Shown piece by piece: positions 18,535 through 25,937 of a stretch of 34,818 nucleotides of DNA. The translations under genes and the position numbers were made by a program. Within the stretch, counting starts at the first letter, position 1. Each line of letters begins with the position of its first letter. The notes below the pieces were generated by a model. It made no database searches and was not told the origin of the DNA. It worked only from the letters and a program-made list of their open reading frames with translations. The stretch comes from a virus (lineage: Duplodnaviria > Caudoviricetes), in the IMG/VR virus record IMGVR_UViG_3300032253_000024, positions 1-34,818 of that record; one strand, given 5' to 3'.

Positions 18535-19358
18535 ATGAATGATACTTCATGTTGTAGTGATTTAAGAATATGAACAATAACATCAACAGTCCAGCCGTTA
18601 CCGAGCATTTTATATCGCTGAGTGTTGCTGACGTGGTTAGTATAATTATAAGGGACTGTTTGAAGACGTTCACATTCAATGGGTGTCAACCATCTTGTAT
18701 TATTGTCATCGATCCACGCGATAGGTCGCTGTGATTTTTGAAAATTACGCTGCCTAGTGTGCTCACCACCTTTTTTATGATAAGTAGCTGTCAATGCGTA
18801 TGCTTTATCAATACGAGCATGATCAGAATCTAATACACTCTGAAACAATATGTTTTTATTTTCAGGTTGATTTTTAATATTGGTGAAATCTGACCAGTAA
18901 TAGCGATCTCTCATCTGACCGCTGACAAGGTCTGAATTAATACGGATAGGATCTACACTCAAATACTCAGAAATAACATCCAGATGATCCTGCTTCATTT
19001 TCACATTTTCAAGTAGAAACTTTACATCAGGATTGACAGCACGAATGTGATTAAGAACGTCAACGTAAACAAAGAACAGTACAGATCGTGGATCATCAAA
19101 AGCCAACTGTTTACCTGCAAAGCTGAAACCCTGACACGGTGAACCACCGATTAATAAATCAATTGATGACCAGTCAATATCCCACTCACGCCACTTGGTG
19201 ACATCACCCAGCTGAACAGTGTCAGGCCAGTTTGCTTGAGTCACTTTAATAGCGTACTTATCTAATTCACTAGCGTAGTAATTATCGACCTTAATACCAG
19301 CGCGATCTAAAGCGATACGACCGCAACTCATGCCGTCGAATAAACTCAATACGTTCAC
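18531..19358 (-). CDS. DNA cytosine-5 methyltransferase (orphan)
   Basis: Motif I LSLFDGMSCG, catalytic GSPCQ, ENV, QxRxR, RWLTPIECERLQ and LGNGW. Confidence 0.93.
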   Translation of the reverse strand: MNVLSLFDGMSCGRIALDRAGIKVDNYYASELDKYAIKVTQANWPDTVQLGDVTKWREWDIDWSSIDLLIGGSPCQGFSFAGKQLAFDDPRSVLFFVYVDVLNHIRAVNPDVKFLLENVKMKQDHLDVISEYLSVDPIRINSDLVSGQMRDRYYWSDFTNIKNQPENKNILFQSVLDSDHARIDKAYALTATYHKKGGEHTRQRNFQKSQRPIAWIDDNNTRWLTPIECERLQTVPYNYTNHVSNTQRYKMLGNGWTVDVIVHILKSLQHEVSFI

Positions 19359-19657
19359 TTCTTACGCTCCAGCAGTGCGCCTCTGAGATCCTGAACGAAG
19401 TCATCGACACCCTGCTGACCGAACAGCACATAAACAATACCACCGGCTTTCCTGATGTCTTCGATCTCACGTTCCTGACGCATCGACAGCTTCCCGGCTT
19501 CTGTTTTGATCTCAACAAAGCAGATTTTACCTTTGATGATGACGATCCGATCTGGTACACCAGTGCGACCTGGTGACACCCACTTGCGAGTGATGCCTCC
19601 GAGTTTCTTGATCTCGGTGTTCAGATGCTGCTCGATCTTTGCTTCACGTTGTCCCAT
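19355..19657 (-). CDS. VRR-NUC domain nuclease (Holliday-junction resolvase-like)
   Basis: KWVSPGRTGVPDRIV...FVEIKT..GKLS..Q PD-(D/E)xK signature. Confidence 0.92.
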   Translation of the reverse strand: MGQREAKIEQHLNTEIKKLGGITRKWVSPGRTGVPDRIVIIKGKICFVEIKTEAGKLSMRQEREIEDIRKAGGIVYVLFGQQGVDDFVQDLRGALLERKK

Positions 19658-19911
19658 TATTTACCCTCGATTTTCATCATTGTTTCGATGTTCACGTTCG
19701 ATGCTTTGAGGACTTCAGCAAGCTTTCCTAATCCTTTGGCATTTTCAATCAAGCCTGTTGCTATTGTCTGAACTGCATTGACAGCAGCAGCGTCAAATTG
19801 AACACCAGTGAAATTGCAATGAGATATTTCAGTCTTATTTGCATATTCCAGCTCTTCTTTAAGAACTCGACGGATCTTCTGTTCTTGTGTTTCACGTTTT
19901 TTAGCTGTCAT
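19657..19911 (-). CDS. Hypothetical protein
   Basis: 84 aa, coupled by overlaps at both ends within the operon. Confidence 0.65.
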   Translation of the reverse strand: MTAKKRETQEQKIRRVLKEELEYANKTEISHCNFTGVQFDAAAVNAVQTIATGLIENAKGLGKLAEVLKASNVNIETMMKIEGK

Positions 19912-20108
19912 GATATTGACTCCAGTTGTTGTTTCATTTGTTTTATATACCGTCGACCACGCTGACGGTTGATCTGCGTGTCAGTCAAGCACTCTGGTGG
20001 TTCAGGGTCATTCAGATCCCAGATGAAACCACACCGGTCACAGCGTTTCTGATCACCGATGCAGCGTGCTTTGCATTTAAAATAAACAGTATTGTTCACA
20101 ATCATCAA
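19908..20108 (-). CDS. Small Cys-rich hypothetical protein
   Basis: CKARCIGDQKRCDRCGFIWDLNDPEPPEC; fills an operon gap. Confidence 0.6.
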   Translation of the reverse strand: MMIVNNTVYFKCKARCIGDQKRCDRCGFIWDLNDPEPPECLTDTQINRQRGRRYIKQMKQQLESIS

Positions 20109-20463
20109 TCCCGAATAAATCTGTCTGTTCCATTGGCATGTCTGGCCAGTATGAATTCGATTTCTGTAAATTTGCTAATTCAGTCAGTATCTGCAGATTC
20201 CATGGTACATGCAGACCGCAAACGATATCAGAGCAAATCGGTACAATGTGATCAACATGAACAGATCGACCAGCTTTTCGCTGCATCTCAGCTCGTTTAT
20301 AAATCACTGCAAATTCTGGATCATCAGCGCACCAATCAGGCCACGCTTGATATAACTTTCTGTAATATCGCACTGACCGTCGATAGTTTGGATTCAGATC
20401 AGGATCATTCTCATCCTGTACTGCCAACCAGATCGGGTTCTGTTTTGTCAGTGGTGTGGACAT
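20077..20463 (-). CDS. HNH endonuclease-like protein
   Basis: HVDHIVPI...CGLHVPWNLQILTELANLQKSN HNH motif. Confidence 0.85.
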   Translation of the reverse strand: MSTPLTKQNPIWLAVQDENDPDLNPNYRRSVRYYRKLYQAWPDWCADDPEFAVIYKRAEMQRKAGRSVHVDHIVPICSDIVCGLHVPWNLQILTELANLQKSNSYWPDMPMEQTDLFGIDDCEQYCLF

Positions 20464-20732
20464 TACATCAAATTCCTTTCACGCATGTCCTGCTCATCAT
20501 ATTCACCAGTGTAATGAATACACCATTTTGAACCGAGCTGGTGAACAAAATGCAGACCGTCACAGTTGCACTTCATTTTCCGAGTGTACGCTTTGCGTTC
20601 TTTCTCGACTGAATGGAGCTTATAACCACATGCTTTGCAGACTGGTTCTTTGACATAATCTTCCTTTAATTTTGGAAGTGTCACTCTCATTCTGCACTTC
20701 ATACTGGTGCATCTGTAGCGGTGGTTAGACAT
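20463..20732 (-). CDS. Cys/His-rich putative Zn-binding protein
   Basis: CTSMKC, CKAC, CNCDGLHFVH...WC. ATG at 20732 follows the stop of the upstream mini-ORF. Confidence 0.7.
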   Translation of the reverse strand: MSNHRYRCTSMKCRMRVTLPKLKEDYVKEPVCKACGYKLHSVEKERKAYTRKMKCNCDGLHFVHQLGSKWCIHYTGEYDEQDMRERNLM

Positions 20733-20734
20733 TA

Positions 20735-20821
20735 TTAATAACTTGACCAAGCATCCCCCTCAAGTACATCAATATTGAGTGATTCCATTGTGATATTTAC
20801 TGTTACTTTTTGTGCTTTCAT
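20735..20821 (-). CDS. Small ORF, 28 aa (not in ORF track)
   Basis: MKAQKVTVNITMESLNIDVLEGDAWSSY. GGAG SD; first ORF behind the 20876 promoter. Confidence 0.5.
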   Translation of the reverse strand: MKAQKVTVNITMESLNIDVLEGDAWSSY

Positions 20822-20839
20822 GTCATTCTCCGTTCAACT

Positions 20840-20876
20840 TGTTAAACATTGTATAACATAATATTACAACATACAA
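20840..20876 (-). promoter_or_regulatory. Sigma70-like promoter with operator-like boxes
   Basis: TTGTAT(20876-20871)-17 bp-TACAAT(20853-20848). Boxes TGTTAAACA (20840) and TGTATAACA (20850). Confidence 0.7.
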
Positions 20877-22939
20877 GTCACAAGTTTCTCAGCTTCCTGA
20901 ACATACCAGTCATAGTTGATGTCATTACGCCAGGCTTCATAGTCAGCGATGTCACCACCGTCGCAACCATTACGATCAATATAATCAGGATCAGCAATAA
21001 TCTCAGGTAAACTATTACAGATGCTCACCGTCCAGCCGGTATGAATCCCAGTGTAGCGTGTTTCATAAATGCTTTTATTTTTTGTATGAATTCGCTCATC
21101 CCAGACGCCCGGACCGATCTCGCTCATGATCTGAGCAAAATAAGCATCAGTCAGTTTGTTCGCACGTTTGAACTCACCTTCTGGTCCCTTTGGTGGGCTG
21201 ACCTTCTCCAGAAAATCACCATCGGTGCTGACATAGTATCGGATAATGTTCGGCACCTGCTCACCACCGTGTTCAAGTATCGAGCTGCGTGGGACTTTGG
21301 TTCTCAGGAAGAAGTCAAAAATATCACCATGATTCTCAATGAATGTCCTGATGTCTTCACCACGGACCAGTGCAGCCTCTGCAGCCAGTGGCACGATGCG
21401 TGCCGACCAGTCTTTGTGATAGGGTAGCTCACGAGTACCTGGATCATCCTCAGCGGTCACATGAGCATAGGCTCCGATTCGTTTCAGCTTTCCGTCTTCT
21501 TTTTCAGCGATGTATGAATTCACGTCACGAATGAACATGCGAGAGTACAGCGCCTCTTCCAGTTCCAGCTGCGTCAGTTGCTCCCACCAGCGACATATTG
21601 CTCTGGTGTGGTCAATGTATTCACGAGGGCATAAGTACGTCACACCGTCCGTATTGCACTGAATCATCTTGAGTCCTGGCGTCTTCAGTAACTGTTCAGC
21701 CAACATGCAGAGCATCAGTTGACCATTGATGGTGATTGACATGGTGTAGAACGTATCGAAGAAAGGTGAATATTTATTATTTGATCCACCATAGGCGCCA
21801 TTTAATGCCAGCTTATAGGCTTCATTCTCTGGTGAGCCTTTCGGGAATGTTTTCCGGGTGTGGTACAAACTGAGATATGCGTCACAAAACGCTTCACCGA
21901 GATGCGCTGGGTAAAGTTTGTTTTTGATACCCATGTTCGGATAAAAGCTGGCCACATCGACATCGATGATCTGCATGGTGTCAGTTGATTCGATGATTTT
22001 GTTGTCCACCGATGCGTGCAGCCCACCGGTCCCGAACACATAATCAATACCGTCGACATGTGCGATCAGATCCTTGAAGACGCCTTTTGTCTCGGTGATG
22101 ACTTTGGATCTGAAGTAATTCAGAATCACATTGAACTCAGGACGCTCAAAAGAGATGTAATCGAAAATAACTTGATTTAGATCAACTGATTCACGAATAG
22201 TCTGTTTTTTCTGCTTTCGCTTGCCGTCGTGATAATAGCAACTGATACCTTGCTTCTCCATCTCAGTGACCAGGAGCACTTCACCGATCTTCACATCCGA
22301 CATGTTCATCATGTTGGTGTCGAATGATGCTGACAGGTTCTCACGCATCCTGATGGCAGCATCAGCCCGTTCATAGAACATCTTTGTCGCGACATCATCA
22401 TGGTGATTATATTTGAGTAATACATCAATCTGATCAGAATCGAGATGTGTTCCAACATCAAACGGTAAGTCTTCAATGTTGTTCATTCTCATGTTGAATT
22501 CGAGAATTTTTAAACTGGTAGTTTTTGATCTGTTGTCAAAGTGATAAATCTTGAATAAGTCGATCTGTTCCACCAGACGATCAGACTCCCAGATCAAATG
22601 ACTGAATCGTGCATTATCTGGTGCTCGGATGATGGACATTGCTTTTTGATAAATATCATCAACCGTGATGAATGAGTTTCTGTACTGATAAATATAATGG
22701 ATGACCGGATAATCGAATCCGATGTTGTTAAATCCCACCATGCGACAGCCCTGTTCACGCAGCACGTCAAGAAAAAGACAAAGCAGCTGAGTATGGTTGC
22801 AGCGAAAACTGAATTCAAATACCCAGATCGTACCGGTCTGAGCATGGATCGCGGTCAGTGTGAAGACATTCGGAAAAGTTTCAATATCATAAATGATGTC
22901 ACCGGGTGTGATCCCGAATATAAAATCTGTTTTGGTCAT
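20864..22939 (-). CDS. DNA polymerase, family B-like, with 3'-5' exonuclease
   Basis: Exo I DIET, Exo II GFNNIGFD, Exo III YNHHD; motif A DVASFYP, motif B KLALNGAYG, motif C NTDG. Confidence 0.9.
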   Translation of the reverse strand: MTKTDFIFGITPGDIIYDIETFPNVFTLTAIHAQTGTIWVFEFSFRCNHTQLLCLFLDVLREQGCRMVGFNNIGFDYPVIHYIYQYRNSFITVDDIYQKAMSIIRAPDNARFSHLIWESDRLVEQIDLFKIYHFDNRSKTTSLKILEFNMRMNNIEDLPFDVGTHLDSDQIDVLLKYNHHDDVATKMFYERADAAIRMRENLSASFDTNMMNMSDVKIGEVLLVTEMEKQGISCYYHDGKRKQKKQTIRESVDLNQVIFDYISFERPEFNVILNYFRSKVITETKGVFKDLIAHVDGIDYVFGTGGLHASVDNKIIESTDTMQIIDVDVASFYPNMGIKNKLYPAHLGEAFCDAYLSLYHTRKTFPKGSPENEAYKLALNGAYGGSNNKYSPFFDTFYTMSITINGQLMLCMLAEQLLKTPGLKMIQCNTDGVTYLCPREYIDHTRAICRWWEQLTQLELEEALYSRMFIRDVNSYIAEKEDGKLKRIGAYAHVTAEDDPGTRELPYHKDWSARIVPLAAEAALVRGEDIRTFIENHGDIFDFFLRTKVPRSSILEHGGEQVPNIIRYYVSTDGDFLEKVSPPKGPEGEFKRANKLTDAYFAQIMSEIGPGVWDERIHTKNKSIYETRYTGIHTGWTVSICNSLPEIIADPDYIDRNGCDGGDIADYEAWRNDINYDWYVQEAEKLVTCML

Positions 22940-22960
22940 TTTGATCTCTCGGTAAATCTG

Positions 22961-23047
22961 TCAGTTTATTTGAGCGCTGACTCCCATCATAGATGATGAG
23001 TCTCGATGTTAGGTTATCACCCTAGAATCAGCACTCAGATAAACTGA
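22961..23047. other. Long branched stem-loop upstream of the polymerase gene
   Basis: 23-bp inverted repeat 22961-22983/23025-23047 with 3 non-Watson-Crick positions, enclosing two small hairpins. Confidence 0.7.
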
Positions 23048-23051
23048 GTTT

Positions 23052-23090
23052 AAAAATGCACCCGCTCCGGGGAAAATGAGAAGCGGGTGC
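23052..23090 (-). terminator. Putative terminator after the SSB gene
   Basis: GCACCCGCT/AGCGGGTGC 9-bp stem followed by ATTTTT on the minus strand. Confidence 0.6.
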
Positions 23091-23121
23091 TTAAAGTCGC
23101 TCAGGAAGTTGAGCGTTTTTA

Positions 23122-23877
23122 TTATTGCGCGAATGAAGGCTGCACGCCACCTGGTGGCAGCATCATGCCATTCTGGATCAATGACTCATCGGTCCAGCCA
23201 GCAGCAATCATCTGCTCATAAGTCGCACCATTAGCTGCTGCAGTCATCTGATGTACAGGTGCTGCTGGCGCTTGTGGTGGAACTGGTGCAGCATTAGGCG
23301 CTGGAGGTGGTGCCGTTTGTGCTGCTGGTTGCTGTGGAACTGCTGGCGCTTGATTGGGTACGCCACCGGCTACATTCGAGAACATATGATCGACTGATGG
23401 TTTGTTGTCAAGACGTCCGAATTGACCTTCTTCACCGGTCACCATGACACCATTCAGCCAGCCACCGATGCCACCTTTACCTTTGACATAGCCAGAGATG
23501 CCAGCGTTCACGTACACAATTGAACCAGGATACACAACAGACGGATCGATCACCGGTTGACGTGCGAGATCCACAACAGCAGGTTTGTCTTCTGCTTTCG
23601 CTGAGCAGCTGAATACATACCAGCCACTGAACTGTGGGTCATAGTATTCTTTGCCCTGATACTTCACATCATAGGGACCGAAACATTCATCAGTTCCAGT
23701 GTAACCAGACGGGAATGTGTTCAGTTTTGCTGCGTCCACTTCTGCCTGAATCTGAGCGATCTGTGGATCATTTGGTGGGATCAGCACTGTACAGCTGAAT
23801 TTGGGTTCGTTTGCACCTTTCGCCACTTTCGGGGTGAAGAGTGCAGGAAATGATAAAATACCTTTAATAACTTGCAT
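23122..23877 (-). CDS. Single-stranded DNA-binding protein (DUF2815 / gp2.5-like OB fold)
   Basis: LSFPALFTPK, KFSCTVLIP, VYPGSIV and GIGGWLNGVM motifs; Pro/Ala linker; lies between the DUF2800 gene and the polymerase. Confidence 0.82.
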   Translation of the reverse strand: MQVIKGILSFPALFTPKVAKGANEPKFSCTVLIPPNDPQIAQIQAEVDAAKLNTFPSGYTGTDECFGPYDVKYQGKEYYDPQFSGWYVFSCSAKAEDKPAVVDLARQPVIDPSVVYPGSIVYVNAGISGYVKGKGGIGGWLNGVMVTGEEGQFGRLDNKPSVDHMFSNVAGGVPNQAPAVPQQPAAQTAPPPAPNAAPVPPQAPAAPVHQMTAAANGATYEQMIAAGWTDESLIQNGMMLPPGGVQPSFAQ

Positions 23878-23891
23878 TGGATTGTTCTCCG

Positions 23892-25232
23892 TTAAATGAA
23901 TGATACAGGTGTATCGTTGGTCGATGGTTCAGATTGTACAACATTGTTAGTCTGTTGTTCAACAACTTTGTCAAATGATTCGATCACTTTCTCAGAACGC
24001 TGCTCACTATTGCGTGCAACTTTCTTCAATCGCAATGTCCCCGCTTTGACTGAAATATACTGCTTTTTGATCTTCTCCTTTTGCTCATTGGTCAGATCAG
24101 ACATTTTCATCATCTGAGTAGGTGAGATCAGTTTTGCAGGATAAATCTGATCCTTTTTAAGACGTCGACCTTTCAGCGCTTTCGCGATGGTCTCTTCGTC
24201 TTCGTTCCAGATCTGAGCAGAGTTACCAGGCATCATCGCATAACCGTCAACATCTTCACCGGTCTCAATGCGATTCTGGATCTCTTTATCAACTTTATCG
24301 AATACAGCTTCGATCCCTGCACGCGCATCAGCTAATTCAGTCAGTTTCTCACTCGGTAGTGCAGTGATATCACCGAATGTCTGCTGCACGATTTCAAACA
24401 GACTGTTACCGTCTGCAGTGACATCTGTGGTCATTGGCTTCACCTTCTCAATTGCCTGCTCAGATTCAGCAGTACAGTTTGGTTTATGTTTACACCATTG
24501 GCAGTGCTTGCCTGATTTCAGTGGTGCGTCAGGGTCATCAGTGGCGCGTGCTGCGTCAGACAATACTTCAACCTGTCTGAACACTTCTGCAGGTGATGCG
24601 TCCTGATAACGGACAACTGGTGACGTTTTAGGCTGGACAATTGTCATGCGACAGCCTTGAACATTCTCAGTCTTGAATGGTCGACACAGATCAGGACCTG
24701 ATGCGACAAATGGTCTCAGCTTGCCTGCACCATAACTGATCAACTGTGTGTTGTTTTCAGCATGTACCCAGCCTCGACCGTCTTTATAGTCCACGATTTC
24801 CATGAAGAAACAGCGATCTGCATCAGTGGCTGCGATGGTGATGTCCACCGTTCCCCACCAGTCATCACGCCCGAACATGCCACCCGGGTCTGATCGACTT
24901 TCAGCATCAACCGTCACCATGCAACCAGGGAACTGATCTTTTAGCTCACGGATTCGACGGTCCACGTAATCCAGACACATCTGGACACGTTCAGCACGAT
25001 CTTCAGCAATCAGCCAGCCTGATGGCTTGTCTTCATGGTTGGCACCGATGATCTGACCGATGAATGCAGACGCTGGGACGCATTGTTCCAGAGCCATCTC
25101 CAGCAGCAGATGAGAACCAGTACCATCAATCGCAGCATCACCTGCGATGTCAGGATAGTTCTCTTCTTCTCGGATTGATCCGGGGCAATGTGGCCAGCGA
25201 TGATTCGATGGTCCGAGTCGTGCGTGACTCAT
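23892..25232 (-). CDS. Cas4-like PD-(D/E)xK nuclease (DUF2800 family)
   Basis: HARLGPS..RWPHCPGS, GTVD, IVDYKDG, QLISY and HCQWCKHKPNC motifs. Confidence 0.88.
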   Translation of the reverse strand: MSHARLGPSNHRWPHCPGSIREEENYPDIAGDAAIDGTGSHLLLEMALEQCVPASAFIGQIIGANHEDKPSGWLIAEDRAERVQMCLDYVDRRIRELKDQFPGCMVTVDAESRSDPGGMFGRDDWWGTVDITIAATDADRCFFMEIVDYKDGRGWVHAENNTQLISYGAGKLRPFVASGPDLCRPFKTENVQGCRMTIVQPKTSPVVRYQDASPAEVFRQVEVLSDAARATDDPDAPLKSGKHCQWCKHKPNCTAESEQAIEKVKPMTTDVTADGNSLFEIVQQTFGDITALPSEKLTELADARAGIEAVFDKVDKEIQNRIETGEDVDGYAMMPGNSAQIWNEDEETIAKALKGRRLKKDQIYPAKLISPTQMMKMSDLTNEQKEKIKKQYISVKAGTLRLKKVARNSEQRSEKVIESFDKVVEQQTNNVVQSEPSTNDTPVSFI

Positions 25233-25666
25233 GACTGCAGCGCCTGTACAGCCGCAAGAACAGTGTTATACATTGCAGGCTGCAGCGTGCTGATCGATGT
25301 TGCACCATTCTGCTGCAGCACCTGATCGATACCATCACGACCACCGAGGCGATTGAACTCAGTGACCAGTGCTTCGTTTAACTGCTCGATAGTGAGCTGC
25401 ACTGATGTCACTGCTTCAGGTGCTGTCGTTACTGGAGGCTGTGGCGCGGTTGCTGCTGCTGCAGCAGGCGTCTCAGTCGCAGGTGGTGGTGGAATTGGTG
25501 CAGAGGTTTGCACTTTTGGTGCTGCAGCCTCAACAGCCGATCCGGGAATTTCTGGAGATGGTGGAACAGTTTCAACTGTTTCATTGTCACTGGATTCATG
25601 CTCCAGTACACCGGCTATTCTCTCAAGTGCATCAGCGATGCGGGTCAGGTTTTTCTCAATCGTCAT
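25229..25666 (-). CDS. Pro/Ala-rich protein with a C-terminal helical domain
   Basis: LTRIADALERIA N-terminal helix, low-complexity linker, helical C-terminus. A typical neighbour of DUF2800 genes. Confidence 0.7.
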   Translation of the reverse strand: MTIEKNLTRIADALERIAGVLEHESSDNETVETVPPSPEIPGSAVEAAAPKVQTSAPIPPPPATETPAAAAATAPQPPVTTAPEAVTSVQLTIEQLNEALVTEFNRLGGRDGIDQVLQQNGATSISTLQPAMYNTVLAAVQALQS

Positions 25667-25874
25667 GATAAAGTTCCTTGTTCAGTTTACGTTGTTGGTC
25701 GGTTGGTTGGATCTTCAAACGGCCTTCAGAGAATGCGTCAACCATCTCACGAACAATGTCTGGATAGTCACGGTTCATCTCTTTACAGCGCTTTTTGAAT
25801 GCGTGTAACTTTGTGCTGTTAGCTCGAACATTTAGCGAGTCATCAAGCACTTCAGTGTTTTTTTCTTCTGCCAC
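25656..25874 (-). CDS. Ribbon-helix-helix (Arc/CopG-like) DNA-binding protein, putative repressor
   Basis: SLNVRAN strand, KLHAFKKRCKEM helix and YPDIVREMVDAF helix. AGGAG SD; first gene behind a box-bearing promoter. Confidence 0.65.
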   Translation of the reverse strand: MAEEKNTEVLDDSLNVRANSTKLHAFKKRCKEMNRDYPDIVREMVDAFSEGRLKIQPTDQQRKLNKELYHDD

Positions 25875-25899
25875 GGTCGGCTCCTGTGTTGTTGAGGTT

Positions 25900-25935
25900 T
25901 GTTATACATTATAGGCTTATTGTTGAACAATGCAA
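25900..25935 (-). promoter_or_regulatory. Sigma70-like promoter with operator-like boxes
   Basis: TTGCAT(25935-25930)-16 bp-TATAAT(25913-25908). TGTTGAACA (25921) in the spacer and TGTTATACA (25900) over the start region. Confidence 0.75.
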
Positions 25936-25937
25936 TA

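Noticed and set aside
23892-25232. Cas4-like gene as part of a CRISPR-Cas system
   Set aside because: No other cas genes or array; it sits in the standard DUF2800-DUF2815-polymerase replication context.
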